This document shows, in pieces, positions 22,495 through 35,632 of a DNA stretch of 64,000 nucleotides (positions are counted from its first letter, which is position 1; each line of letters starts with the position of its first letter). Position numbers and translations under genes: made by a program. Origin of the DNA: Selaginella moellendorffii (Eukaryota; Plantae; Lycopodiophyta); contig NW_003314363.1 in NCBI RefSeq assembly GCF_000143415.4, forward strand, positions 186,001 through 250,000, read 5' to 3'. Under the pieces are notes generated by a model. That model made no database searches, had not been told where the DNA came from, and saw only the letters and a program-made list of their open reading frames with translations.

Positions 22495-23870
22495 ATGTCG
22501 AAGGAGGTGGAATGCGGAGGCTGGGCCGCCAAGGATGCATCTGGTGTCTTGGCGCCGTTCAAATTCCCCAGAAGGTACCGCGCTTTCGTGTTGATTTGCT
22601 GCGAAAATCAATCGGGGTCTTTGTCTTTCCAGGGCGCCGCGTCCTACTGATGTGAAGTTCAAGATCACGCACTGCGGGATCTGCCACACGGATCTCCATT
22701 TGATCCACAACGAGTGGGGATCGTCGAAATACCCCATGGTTCCTGGGTAAGAGAAACAAAATCCTCGGCGAAGGCAGGCACTAAAATCGTGGTGATCGAA
22801 CAGGCACGAAGTTGTGGGATTAGTCACGGAGCTCGGCCCCGGTGCCAAGAAATTCAAGGTCGGCGATCACGTTGGAGTGGGATGCATGGTCTTTTCCTGC
22901 CTGAAATGCGATCACTGCAAGCACGGAGACGAACAGTACTGCGACAAGCTCGTCTGGACGTACAACAGTGAAGAAGACGGCAAAATCACAATGGGAGGCT
23001 ACTCGGGATTCCTGGTGGCCGACGAGAAGTAAATTCCTGTCGACGATGGTCGGAAAGAACAGGTTCTAAGAGTCTGAAGCGAGTGGACTGGTGTGCACAG
23101 ATTCGTCGTTCGGGTTCCAGACAATCTTCCGCTGGATGCCGCAGCGCCGCTGCTATGCGCCGGCATCACGGTCTACAGCCCGATGAAACACTTCGGCATG
23201 ACGCAGGCCGGGAAGAACTTTGGAGTGGTCGGGCTCGGTGGTCTCGGGCATATGGCCGTCAAGTTTGGCAAGGCTTTCGGGATGAAAGTCACGGTGATCA
23301 GCACCTCGCCCAGCAAGGAGAAGGAAGCTCGGGAAGTTTTGGGGGCTCACAACTTCATTGTCAGCAAGGACTCCGCTCAGATGAAGGTAACAAGTACTTT
23401 CTCTTGATTTTTCTCCCGAGAGCTAGAACTTAACTTTGAAGTTTTGGATTCCAGAAAGCTGCGAAGACAATGGACTACATCCTCGACACGGTGTCAGCAC
23501 CGCATCCGCTGGATGCCTTGCTTGAGCTTCTAAAGATCGATGGAAAGCTCGTCATGGTGGGATTGCCGGACAAGCCCCTGGAACTTCCAGCGGGAGTGAT
23601 CATCTTTGGTACGTACAAGAACTTTTCCTTTTTGTTTTCCACCGGAGGTAAGAGAATGTGGATCGACCAGGTCGTCGATCGCTGGCCGGGAGCTTCATCG
23701 GATCCATCAGAGAGACGCAGGACATGCTGGATTTCTGCGGCAAGAACAATGTCACGTCCATGATCGAGCTCGTCCCAATGGACTACGTCAACAAGGCCAT
23801 GGAACGCCTCCGCAAATCGGATGTTAAGTACCGCTTCGTGTTGGACGTGGAAAAGACTTTGAAGCCATAG
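22495..23870 (+). CDS. CAD: Cinnamyl alcohol dehydrogenase family protein (Zn-dependent), 6 exons
   Basis: [55 protein letters not shown]. Confidence 0.94.
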
Positions 23871-24264
23871 AAGCGATAATAAAGAGAGATTCCCAAATTA
23901 AGAGACCTTTTCGCGCGAATATGCGTCGCCTAATTTTAGCAAGTTTGAAGGACAGGAAAATCGCGCGGGAACGTTCAAAGATTCCCATCCTAGGGTTCAT
24001 TGACAGATGAAAGAACTTTCCCCGCATAGACATCCTGTCTGGCCCGCGGATTTTGCGCACGGAATCGCCGATTGGCTCCTCGCGCAGCAGATCCAATCGC
24101 CAAATTGCCAATACCAATCCTCCCTGCTCGTCCCCAAAAAGCGTCCCTTCGATCCGGCCAATGAATTGGCGCAGCAGGGGAGCTAGGGATTTTCGCCCCG
24201 TCTCCTCCTCTCTCTCTCTCTCTTCCTCTTGTTTCCCACCACGATCCATCGCCAATCGGATTGA

Positions 24265-25260
24265 ATGCGTCCATCGCTGATCCCCATGGCTCCTGGGAGG
24301 CATTCATATCTAGCTGCGGCCTCATCGTCTCCCCCTCTCCACCAGCAGGATACTTATATCCCTTGTTCTTCGTCGTCGATCGCATCGTCCTCGCCTTGCT
24401 CCTCCTCCTCCTCTTCATCCTCCTCCTCTCCTCCGCCTCGGCTCATCGCCGCTAGCAGCAGCAGCAGCGCCGCCGCCATGGTCAAGCCGCAATCGTCCTC
24501 AAGCGCGTCCTCCGCGATCGCAGGCCCCCAGCTCTCCGCGATCTTGCGGCCCCAGCTCAAGCGATCACGTAAAGGTTGCATGAAAGGTAAAGGCGGCCCT
24601 GAGAACGCAGCGTGCCAGTACCGTGGAGTCCGCCAGCGGGTATGGGGGAAGTGGGTCGCCGAGATCCGGGAGCCCAACTGTGGAGCTCGCATCTGGCTGG
24701 GGACGTTTGACACCGCCGTGGAGGCTGCCAGGGCTTACGATCAAGCCGCCTTGAAGTACTTCGGCGAGAACGCGCGTCTCAATCTCCCTGATTCGCTTCC
24801 TCCATGGCCGGCTCTTGTTCCTCCTCCCACCGCCACCACGTCTCCAGCACCAGTCTCCAAGAGGGCGATCAAGCGAGGACCGGTCGATCGCAAGCTCCTC
24901 CCCCCGCCTCGCGCCGCGGGGAGCAGCTCTGGTTCCTCGATCGTCGGGAGGCCTTTGGTTTCTTCCGTGCCGCCCGCCATCGCCGACCTCGGGGAGCCGA
25001 TCATGCCGATGGTGCCGATCGCGTTCAACGTTTTTGGGATCTCCTCGGCCTCCGCGGACGAGGCGCTCCTCAATCTGGCAGCGCCCACCGCCTCCTCGGC
25101 CTCGTCTATCCCCAACACCGAGCACAGCGGCAGCGACAATTCCACGCTCGCATCGCTCAACGCGTATTCCTCCACCGAAGACGACATGGAAGAGGTATGG
25201 AAGGAGCTATCCAACGATCAGATCGATGGATTCTCCCTATCTTCCTATAGATTCAATTGA
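24265..25260 (+). CDS. DREB2: DREB2-type (A-2) AP2/ERF transcription factor; start may instead be 24478
   Basis: [15 protein letters not shown] motif followed by AP2 domain [36 protein letters not shown]; acidic C-terminus. Confidence 0.93.
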   Translation: MRPSLIPMAPGRHSYLAAASSSPPLHQQDTYIPCSSSSIASSSPCSSSSSSSSSSPPPRLIAASSSSSAAAMVKPQSSSSASSAIAGPQLSAILRPQLKRSRKGCMKGKGGPENAACQYRGVRQRVWGKWVAEIREPNCGARIWLGTFDTAVEAARAYDQAALKYFGENARLNLPDSLPPWPALVPPPTATTSPAPVSKRAIKRGPVDRKLLPPPRAAGSSSGSSIVGRPLVSSVPPAIADLGEPIMPMVPIAFNVFGISSASADEALLNLAAPTASSASSIPNTEHSGSDNSTLASLNAYSSTEDDMEEVWKELSNDQIDGFSLSSYRFN

Positions 25261-25377
25261 TTCTTTGCTAGATTTGTCTGCAAGCACTACAAGAAGTCTG
25301 CCTGCCTACATGTACATATATATATATACGAACGATTGCTTGTTTTTAACTCGTTATGATAACCTCTCTTTCTTTGA

Positions 25378-27655
25378 TCATCGCGTTAGATCGCGCGTCG
25401 CGGTCGCCACCATCTCCAAAATCTCGCAAAAGTCCGGCCTGTCCAGGGGATTGCTCGCCCAGCACTGGTGGATCAGGTACTTGAGCAGCGGGAAGCAATC
25501 CAGCGGCACAACCGGTGCTGGCATCGATCGCGTTGTTCTGGATCTAAGCGGCGTCTCCTTTTCCTTGCCGATCTTTTGATCGCTCGTTGTGTGGCACGAG
25601 ACGAGCTCGCAAAGGAGCGTCCCAAAGCTGTAAACGTCCGCCTTGGGAGTAATCGCGGATTTCTCCAAATCAACCTGAATCCCACCAAACATTTTCGTCC
25701 GCATCAGTCGCGTAAAAAGCTCTGGAATATATATAATTTTTTTTTTCGCTCCACGCTAACCAGATTCAACGGCGTCAATCAATCAATGAACGCTCACTGA
25801 CTGACCTCGGGTGGCACTGGCCATGAAGTCTTGTCCTCCTCCTCGCCATCCTTAAAGCTCCTCTCGTCCTTGGTAGGCGATTTGATCGCCCTCGCGATTC
25901 TCAGGCCACCAATCACCGCGCAGCCATTGTCGTCCAGGAGAATGTTGGAGAGCTTCAAGTTGCTGCCAAGCACCAGAAGAAAAAACAAACAGAGAGAGAG
26001 AGAGAGAGAGCGTCAGGACTGAGGCCAACTTGACCAGATCTTTGCAGAAAGGCAAGAAAACAAAGAGCGAATCCATCCCACGCCAAGCACACACAAAAAA
26101 CACACTTGCCTGTGGACGATCCCGCATTCGTGCAAGAACTGCATCCCCTCGGCGATGTCGCAGGCCATGCGCAGCACGGATCGCAGCTCGATCTTCTCGC
26201 GCCTGTCCACCAGATCGCGCAGCGACCCCCCGGAGACGAGCTTGGACACCGCCCATAAGTTCCTCCCATCGATCCAGATGCCGCGAATGGGCAAAACATT
26301 GGCGTGCGCAAACCCCGACCGCGTGCACAGCCACAGCACCTCCTCCTGGAGCTCGCGATCGCCATCCCCTGGCGGGTTGATCAGCTCCAGCGCCACAGCC
26401 TCGCCGCCAAATCTCGCGCGCGCAGTGGGCATCGCCTCCTCCTCCTCCTCCTCCAAGCCGCTCATCTTGGATGGATCCAGCGCCCACTGCGAGAGCTCCT
26501 CCTTGCCGCTGGCGACGTCTCCCGATGCATCGATCCGGATCCTCGCGCCCGCCACCGCGTCGATGCTCAGTCGGTGTGAGACGAAAGAGATCCGGCTCTC
26601 GAGATCCATGTCCGCCGCCACCGCCGCCGCGGCGCTGGGAATCGATTTGCTTGGGTTGTGGACGAGGATCTGCTGGGATGCCGATGAAGAGGAGGATGAT
26701 CCATAGAGGCCGAGCGCCAACCTTCTTAGCCGGGATTTCTTGGCCGCCGCCTTGAAGATCTCTTGCATTCGGTCCAGGCGCATGTATTCACTGGCGCAGT
26801 GGACCGATGCCATCCCCAGGAAGAGCGCCTTGCGGCAGTAGACGCTGGTGTGCGTCACGGGGATCGCCGCGCGCTTGAAAGCCCACGCGATCGAATGCTT
26901 GGTGATGGGGACGCCCATCGTCGCGAATGTGACCGTGAAATCGCTCTCTTGATCCTCCTCCCACGGCGCCGGGGACGCGATCGATGGCGGCGAGCTGGCC
27001 ATGAAGAGGGATTCGTCGCTGGCGTTGCTGGATCGAGCGGCGGCATTGGCGGCTGTGGCGGATCTTCTTTCTTGGATGATGGCGATGGCGATGGAGCCGC
27101 TGTGAGGGCTCATGCGCGCTTGCTCCACCAGGCGGATGTGCAAGAAGACCTGATCGCTGCCCAGGCCGGCCTGCGCATAGCTGCAAAGAAACAAGGAAAG
27201 ATCTCCGCTCAACATTCTAGATCGATCAAGCAAGAACGAGGAAGAAATATTTCGAGAGGGATCTTGCGATACCTGAGTGGCAGCGATTCGAAGTGCCGCC
27301 GGATCATCGAGATGAGCCTCTCCGGCAGCTGGCTCCCCGGATGCCGCTGCATCAAGCTCTCCACGATCGCATTCCAAGCGGCCTTCTTCTCTTCGCGGCG
27401 GATCTTGATGGCGCCGCCGACGCTGCCGCCGCCGCTGTGGAGATAGGAGCACACAGATCTTTGGAGGCGCTTCCATCTGCCGCCGCCATCGCCGCTTCCG
27501 CGATTCTTGCCGCCGAGATTCGAGGCGGCGGCCGGTGACAGTAGCGGGCAATCGTCGACCGCGAAGAGCATGCGATGATCCAGCATTCCGGAATCATCCC
27601 CCCAGCTGATCTTGGCGCTGTGGCTGTGGCAGCTCCAGCAATCGACCGTGGCCAT
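25378..27655 (-). CDS. Raf-like (group C-type) kinase homolog with an N-terminal ACT-like region; predicted pseudokinase
   Basis: MATVDCWS start; HANVLPIRG, GGSLRDL, DIAEGMQFLHECGIVH, LKLSNILLD, WPVPPE, ADVYSFG, LKYLIHQCWASNPLDRPDF. Catalytic motifs are degenerate. Confidence 0.85.
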
Positions 27656-28164
27656 GCCGCCTCCAAATATCGCGATTCCTGGCCACCGCTGCCCGGAATT
27701 CGCCGCTATCGGAGGGCTATCGGATGGATCTGGAATGCTTTATAATCCACGCAAGAACACAAGGAAACGATGCATTCTCGCTTTTAAAATGGCGCTCTCA
27801 TGTGGAGCACTCGATCGAGCGAGAAAAAAAAGGGAGAGAACAAGGGCAATGCAATCAACGCGGTGGCATGTAACTCTCCTCGTCCGCCATGGATGGATCG
27901 ATCTCGAGCGAGCAAGGCGCCAAAAAAACACCGAGGCACTCACGAACGAGGAGAGAAAGAATCCGTTAAGCGAGAAAGGGAAGCCAAAAAAAATGGATTC
28001 ACTGGGATTGTCAACTTCAATCCTTGCTGCCCCGCTCAGATCGCTCGCGCGCTCGCTCGCTCGTAGCGCACTGATGGTCCATTCCTCGCACACTCGGATC
28101 AGATCACGGAGAAGGGGAAGGAATCGAAGAGAATCGCGCCAGGAATTTTAGGGTTTATCCGCGC

Positions 28165-28191
28165 CATACGTGGCACTTGCATACGTGGCAC
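28165..28191. promoter_or_regulatory. Direct repeat of an ABRE-containing 12-mer
   Basis: CATACGTGGCAC at 28165-28176 and 28180-28191, next to telo-box TAGGGTTT at ~28149, upstream of the kinase gene. Confidence 0.55.
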
Positions 28192-29448
28192 GCTTTGCTT
28201 CCCCGAGGGAAAGAAATCCCCTGTCTCCCACACACTTGGAGGAAGATTTTTTGGCGATTGCCTCTCTCGATCGAAAGCCATTGCCCGCTCGCTCGAATGG
28301 CAACCACACAAGTTACTCACAAGGATCCGAGCTCTCAGCTCTCTCGATCGAGCAGCGAGCGACTATGCTATATCGATTTAATCGTCTTTTGGTTATCTTC
28401 CATGATCGAGATCTCTCTCGCGCGCTCTTTCTGGCCCCTTTCGCTGCTCTTGGTTCTCGAATCGGGCCTGCGCTTCATTGATGAATGGCGTGGGAGTCCG
28501 AGCCACTGGCGTTATCGAGTCGTCACAGTTTCGCGCTGGCACACCAGGCCCGCGCAGGCCTCTGCCGCTCCCAAAATGTGTGTGGCTTTGTGTGGAGCTG
28601 TGATGTGGAGCGTGAGAGTAGTGTGTGTGTCTCCTTTAGCTTCAGTCCTGTCCTCGCTGCCCGGGAGAGATTGAGGCCTTTCTTTCCAGAAGTGTGCTAA
28701 GTAGAGTTTCTTCACTGCAATTCTTTCTGGTAGCAAATCCATCTCTATCGAATGCAAGTGCTCGCTTCCTTTCAGGAAAAAACGAAAAAAAAAATCGATT
28801 TTGTTGCGAAGTACCATTGGCCACTGTGCAAAACGCGCCAAACCAAACTAGTGCTGCTGCTAGCGGAGCGAGCGAAGCCTTTTCATCGTCCTTTTCCTCA
28901 GTCTCTAAAACTAGAGCTTGAATCAATGCTGCTGGACAATGCAAGACTTCCCACCCCTCGTACGCTATCAGTAGATTTCCGTGCCTAGATTTGCCACTGC
29001 CGGTGCTGCTGCTTTCCGCTACGCAAGTATCTCCCGGGGCTCTTCCTCTCCAGGAAGTTTGGCTTCACGATCGAGCATGAAACTCATGTCACGATTGCTC
29101 ACCGCTTTCTTCAGATCACAAATCCTGCGTAAACATCATATCTCTCGAGAGTAAGAGTTACTAAGGAGTCACAAACCTGAAGAGTATATGGACGTCTACC
29201 ATGAATAGAATCCTCCTCTGCAATACTTCCCAAGAGCTCAAGTCAGAAAAGGATATCAAACCATTTACTGTGACAAAGTCGAGCTTCCTTCAGCTCTTGG
29301 ACGAGATGTTAACTCTGCCTAGATGGACAACTAAGTGTAAGCTGGAAATGTTTTTCAAAGAGCTTTTAAGTTGTTTGTGCGTATAAACATTGTAGGATTA
29401 CCTTGGAGAACTTATTGAGCCGGAAGTTTTATTGGATGCTTTCGCAAG

Positions 29449-30549
29449 CTATTCCGTCGGAAAATCCGGCTGGAGTCGTGGAACCGACTGCCGCACTTCT
29501 TCCAGCTTGTGAAGCTCCTCCTTGAGCCTCCGGAGTGTTGGATATGGCGTCTGTGTGCAAAACATATAAGATTTTTTTTGCCTCTTGATGAGATGGACGA
29601 GAAGCTTACCATATCGACCTTGTAACGCTCCGCGTTGCCGATCTGTGGGATGACAAACACATCAGCCTGGAGTGACAAGAACCAAACGAAGATCCCGTCA
29701 GTTACGAAGGACAAGTGCAAAGATTTTCTAGAATGAAAGAACATACGAGGGTGAGTGTGTCTCCAAAGCAGTATTTTCCCGATGTCTTCTTCACGATCTC
29801 CTCGAGAGCTACATGAAAGTCCAAGACACTTGTGAGTTGCGGGGTGTGAAAGCAGAAAGCTCACCGTTGAAACCAATGACAATCCAGTGTTGCGCCCACT
29901 TGAGTCTCTCCTCGTCGCCAAGTTTCTCCTTGATCATATTCTGCCAAAGAGCAAGGAAGGATTCAGCCTTGCTGTGAAAAGCAGGCAAAACTTACCATAA
30001 CGCGGCCTCCATTCTGCAGAGGCTGAATATTTGACGCGATGAGATTGACAATCTTGCAAATGTAACAATCGAAACATGAGAAACAAATCGAGCTAAAACC
30101 GATAATACTTTTTACCTGGCGAATTGTCGCTCGCTGCTTCAAGTTTTTAGGCAGGAGTGGCTTCTCTGGGTATTTTTCTTCCAAATACTAGCAATTCCAC
30201 AAGAGATCACTTCCAAGAGAAGAAAAAACAATAGCAAACCTCCACAATTGCTACAGAGTCGATCAAAAGTCCATCTTCTTCGGTTTCTAGAGCAGGCACC
30301 ATACCCAAGGGATTGATCTTCGAAAACTCTGAGAATCACAAAGAATTTAACCCCGAATGCCACACAAAACAAACTCTACCATCGTCGAGCAGGCCATTTG
30401 CGAAACCCACAGCCTGGTACTCGTATGGAATCCCTGATCAAGTAGAAAATTGCGATCACATCCAGATGGAGAAAGAGAAAACCTTTCAATGCAAGGGCCA
30501 GCCTCACTCGCCAAGCACAAGAGCTCCCCCAAAACGTGTAGAGCCTCAT
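29449..30549 (-). CDS. GSTZ: Glutathione S-transferase zeta class (maleylacetoacetate isomerase-like), multi-exon
   Basis: MRLYTFWGSSCAWRVRLALALKG (zeta SSC motif), INPLGMVPAL, LEEKYPEKPLLP, IASNIQPLQN, ADVFVIPQI, QPDFP. Stop at 29449-29451. Confidence 0.92.
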
Positions 30550-30620
30550 CTCCCTCCACAAAACCCTAGATTTTAGAACCAATTTAGCTATATCTCCGCC
30601 ACATCACTCTCTAAGCTCCA

Positions 30621-31367
30621 ATGGTTGTGGCGATGGCGCTCCAGGCATCGCCGGCGCAGGCCTCGAGCGTGAATGCGGTGCGCCTGGGATTCGTGGCAGG
30701 ATCGTCGCCTCCCGGGAAATGTAGATTAGGGTTCGCGAGGAATTCGCAGCAGCAGCAACGAGGAGCTGGGTCTCTGGTGGTGAGGGCGGCGATCTTGGAA
30801 GCCCCCGGCGTGGGCGTGGAGCGCGTCGACATGAGCGATTTCGTGAAGAAGGCCATGCCCGGAGGGATTGCCGCACAGGACCTCTTGGGCACTGGGCGGA
30901 GGAAGCGCGCGATTGCCAGGGTTTGCCTGGTCGAAGGCACCGGACAGTATGTTATCAACAATAGGACTGCCCAGGTATGAGAATCCTCCTCTTCAGTTTG
31001 CAAGGAGGAGGAGAAGATAGAGATTGTTCTTTAGAAGAAGAAGATAACTGAGCTGACAAGCTTCTCTTTCGATGGCCAGGAGTACTTGCAAGGAAATCCA
31101 TTGTGGCTTTTCCACGTAAAGCTTCCACTCCGGAGCCTCGGCTTCGAAGGAAAGTACGACACCATCGTCAAAGCGCACGGTGGTGGTCTCTCGGGCCAAG
31201 CGCAGGCAATCCGGCTGGGGATCTCGCGATGCCTTCTCAAGATCAACGAGTCCCACCGCCAGCCATTGAGGAAGCTGGGATTCTTGACAAGAGACCCGCG
31301 AAAGGTGGAGAGGAAGAAGGCTGGCAAGCACAAGGCAAGGAAGTCTCCTCAGTACTCCAAGCGTTGA
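30621..31367 (+). CDS. PRPS9: Plastid 30S ribosomal protein S9 with transit peptide; one intron at 30975-31079
   Basis: [49 protein letters not shown]. Confidence 0.96.
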
Positions 31368-31484
31368 GACGTAAAAGCAAAAGCATACCTTTCTTGGTCT
31401 CTTCCTCCCTTTGCCATGGATGGATTTGCAGCTCCAGCTTCTTGTGTGGTGCTGCTCAAGAAGAAACGCTGTTCTATAAGTTCC

Positions 31485-34400
31485 TCATTCTGTAACGCGC
31501 CCGGTTTGATCCGTCTCGGTGCTCGCCAGTGATTCATTGCTCGCCTCCGTGACCAGCTTGTGCTGTGGATAGAGCCGAACGAAGTGAGCACCTATCCGAG
31601 AGACGTTGTGTCGAAGTATGGAGAGGAACTGCGTCTCCCAATCTCGACCTGGGATGTCTTTGTTCTCTTCGGGTGTAGCCTGAGAACTCTATCGGTCAGT
31701 GTGGAAGTTTGGCTTTGGAAAGCAAGAGTACCTGGTGAGCGGAGTTGGTTTCGGAAGGATTTTTGGCTGAAGCTAGCTCGTTGTGCATGCACCGCCAGAT
31801 TATCAGCAGCAGTGTCGTCACGTCTTCGGTGCTGATTAGCGCGATTATCTCACCACATGACGCGAGAGGTTGCGGAAGCCAGCGAGCGGACGTGACGAGC
31901 TGAATGATGTTGAAGAGCTGCATTCTGTCCTTGTCCTGGAGAAAACCAAAACGTTTAGAGCGTCGAGTGAGAGAAGGTTTTCTTCAAGTTAAGCTGACCG
32001 CGGAAGCAGTTTGCTGACGGCGAAATGCTCCATACCAGTGCGAAATAGAGTCCGCCAGTAAAGCACGGACAAACTCTGCACAGGCTTCGAGCTGTCTAGC
32101 TTGTCCGTGTTCCATGACGAGCTCGAGCACCTACAGAAGTTCAATTCTTAGGACGGCAGAATCAAGCAAGCTCTCCAACCTTGAAAAGGAGCGGGTTTTG
32201 ATGAAAGCACTCGGTGATGAACGTGTGTCGAACAAAAGCTACATGTTTTGGAAGAACCTGGCAAAAGAGGAAAACAGTTTCAGACAAATAAGATATAAAC
32301 TTTGAATACACGCACCTCCTCATACTGTTCCATCGTGATAGAGATCTCATGTGGTGTTTCCAGTCGATCAACCAGCAGTTTTTCTAGGATTTCAACTGGA
32401 TGGCACGGCCACGCTTCTAGCTTTTCTTGATGTCGTGCAATAGATTTTCTGAAAGATTGCTCTAAGAGACTGCAAATTTCGGTGAAAGTCGGATTTAGAG
32501 CTTCAGTTCTCTTAGAGTCGTTTCTGCTCTCCATGCTATGAGTGATACCTGGCAGGAATACCATGCTGAGAAAACACAAAAATACAAACAGACAATGTAG
32601 TCTACCTGAGCTTTTACTACAATCATCCAACTGCCGCTGCTTTGAAAATATGAACTCCATCCTTCCGTAGCGATCAACATTTCCAGCCGCTAGTGCGATC
32701 GTGGTTTGAAATCCTGGCTTTGACATCAGATGCTCCACCTTTGAGATATCAACTGTAATAAAAGAGTGTTATTGATATACACCAAAACGTCCAGGTGCAA
32801 ATGAAATGCAAATGCAAGATAGTTTCATGCTGTACTCACGCACTGTTTGAAGACATTCCAAGTTGCCTCTTAATGCCAGCTTCAAAGGAGAAATTCAGTA
32901 GGATGGTCACCAACTGCAGCAGTAGACAAGTCAAAACACATTCTATAAGATAACTTGTTCGTACCAAATTAAATAGCGCAAAAGAAAATGAACCCAGGTG
33001 AGCTATGATTCTTCTCAAGATTGCAGCTTCTCGTAAAAAAATCCATCGGCTATCAGTAAGCGTATAGTCAGAAATATTGTCCATCTTTTTTAGACGATAA
33101 AACAGCAATCCTAGTGCTCCCTGCACGCACACGTAAATTTACCGCAGTTTTGACCCTTCACAAACCTTAAGGTGACGAGAAAGGTCTTCAGATGACATAG
33201 TTCCTTCCATGGCAAGAGACTGAAGAACACCCAGCGTATGCAAGGAGCTTTCGGCATTGTCAGCTCTCTGCAATAACGCTAGAATCCCCAGCCATTTTCC
33301 ATTCAATGCGTCGCATAAGTTTTTCAGTGAAGACCTCCAAGCAGTTCCGACAACATGCCGGCTCCAAAAGGAAGGATTCAGAAGTTGACGGATTGCCAAA
33401 ATTCGCACCAATACCTACGCAGCGGATTAGTAAGTTATTTCCAAGCGAAGAAAGCAAGTACCTGAGCGCTATCACAGACGTGAAGCTGGTCGACAACCTT
33501 CTTAGCCCAAAGTGTGAGGATCGCAGGAGCTTTGCCCATAACTCCAAGCATCTGTGTTAGCGTCACAAAGATTGCCAAAACTTCCGCATTTCCGCCGTGT
33601 GCACAAGCTTGTGCCAGAAACTCAGTGGCTGCTTCATTATCGGATCCCAGTAGCGTAATCTGGCACGTCTGTACCAGAGCATCCCTCGCATAGACAGGTT
33701 CCGACTGACAGCTCGCCGATGTTCTAGAAAAGATATTGTTCCAGAGTCTTTGCGTGTTCTGCACCAGACTTTGCAGGAAGGAACTGCTGACTGAATTTCC
33801 TGGAGCGTTATAGCTATGAGCAACGTTCAGCTCCAAAAACTTAAGCATACCTGCTGCTTGCATCATAACAAAAGACGATAATCTCTTGTTCAACCACTCC
33901 AGTAATGCGGGATCGACTTTGCTGACAAGCAAAACTATATCAGCAGCAACAGGCGACAGCTGCTCGAAATGCTTGATTATGAGCACGGAAAGCCACGCCC
34001 TGGTATGACATCCGTCTAGAGCAGGCTTATACTCCTATAAAATACAGTGAGAAACAAAAATAGGCAGCACGGTTAATCGCATACCAATTTGCTTGTCCAG
34101 AAGACTGGCAAAAAAACATGCCTGAAATTCGCAGCTTTCCAAAACTTTTCCAGGGACTCAAGCCCGACACTCGTCACCAGCGCGGTTGCTACAGTCGCGA
34201 GGAACTTCGGACAGAGTGCCGACTGCACAGCCCATGCATGCATCTTGTACTGAAACTCACTCCCATCGTCATTTTGCATCAAAAGGATCACTGCAGGTAC
34301 TACCAACTCTGGTACCCTGCACAGAGTGAAACTTAGTCTAGCAAAGATATGAAACCCCATACCCTCTTACCTTGAGGCAGCAAACTCAAGAATCCCTGCT

Positions 34401-35074
34401 TGCTTGACGTAAGGAACGATGGACGCATCCTTCGATTTGTATTCTTTCACAAGGACGTCGTGCATAAGTGACTGGAGAAAATTTTCTGGCTCCGCGGCTG
34501 TGAGATACGCCAGCAGCCAATCGAGCTCCGGGAGCTCGATCAAATTCTCGTCACGGCTTGTCGGATTGGAGCACAAGACCTCTTTAACCATCACCCAATG
34601 TAACCATAGATAGTTGACGCTGCCGTCAGCACCTCCTTCTGGAGACTGATCTAGGCTCAAGAGGAGACACTGGCTGACAAAGGCAACCAAGGCTGTGGCG
34701 TCCAACGATCGCATATTGGATGAAACACGCTCGGCCATCCAGTTTCCAATCTCGCCACACTCCACCATCTTGAGAAATCCCTGCAAACTCCACCTAGAGG
34801 TAGAATCCAGCCTCGGAATTTTGCTGCTTGGATTAGCCAGAGGGGACTCCGAGACTCTCCTCTTGCCGCTGCTGCTACTCGACGCCTCATAACCAGCCGC
34901 ATTCTCGACGGCTTCACGCGATTCCACCCTGCCACTGCCGCTGCACTGAATTCGAGCCAGCATCTGCATACCCCATCGCAGCGCCTCGCGCGTCGCCCGC
35001 GGATCGGTGGCATCTAGTTGCAGCGCCTCGAGTCGCGCCCGACATTGCGACCCAATTTCTCCCTCCTCCTCCAT
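31485..35074 (-). CDS. Large multi-exon uncharacterised helical protein (roughly 1000 aa)
   Basis: ATG at 35074, a chain of long open exons joined by short GT..AG introns; terminal exons RWLPQPLASCGEIIALISTEDVTTLLLIIW and FLSILRHNVSRIGAHFVRLYP..VTE-stop (31485). No family recognised. Confidence 0.75.
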
Positions 35075-35632
35075 AAACCCTAGAAAGAATATTCTCCAAC
35101 CCGATAACAAGAAAAAAAAAGTTACTCTTTTCAAACGCCATGCCAAGTCATCAATCCGGCGGCATCGTCTGGACCAACGGCTCTTTTGCGTACGGACTGC
35201 GGGCACGTGGCGCCGCGCGAGTGGCTCGCGCTCGCGCTTGTCCGCGCCCGTATGGGGGAATGCGAGGCGTCTTGGAGCCCAAAAAAAGAAAAAAGAAGTC
35301 GTAGGTGTTAGCTCGCTCTACTGTGTTGTTATTTTGCGCTGGCTATGGCAGCTTTGTTTTTACCTCTCCGCTTTAGGGCTCCTCGCGCGCGTCCTCCTAG
35401 GGCTTAGCTTCTCCCGCGGCGATGGTGTGAAACGGTGCCGCATTGGAGCTTCAGAGGCAATGCGGGTGAAATGCCGGGGGCGCCGTGAGATTGGTACGTG
35501 TTTTCTCGAGCTCCACTGGAAGCAGGGATTTCGAAGAGCGGAGCAGGGATTTTGACGAGATCGTCAGCTCCGGGGCGCTGGAATCTGGCACCTTTACGGC
35601 AGAAAGCAAGGGAAGTGGGAGGAGGAGCTAAG

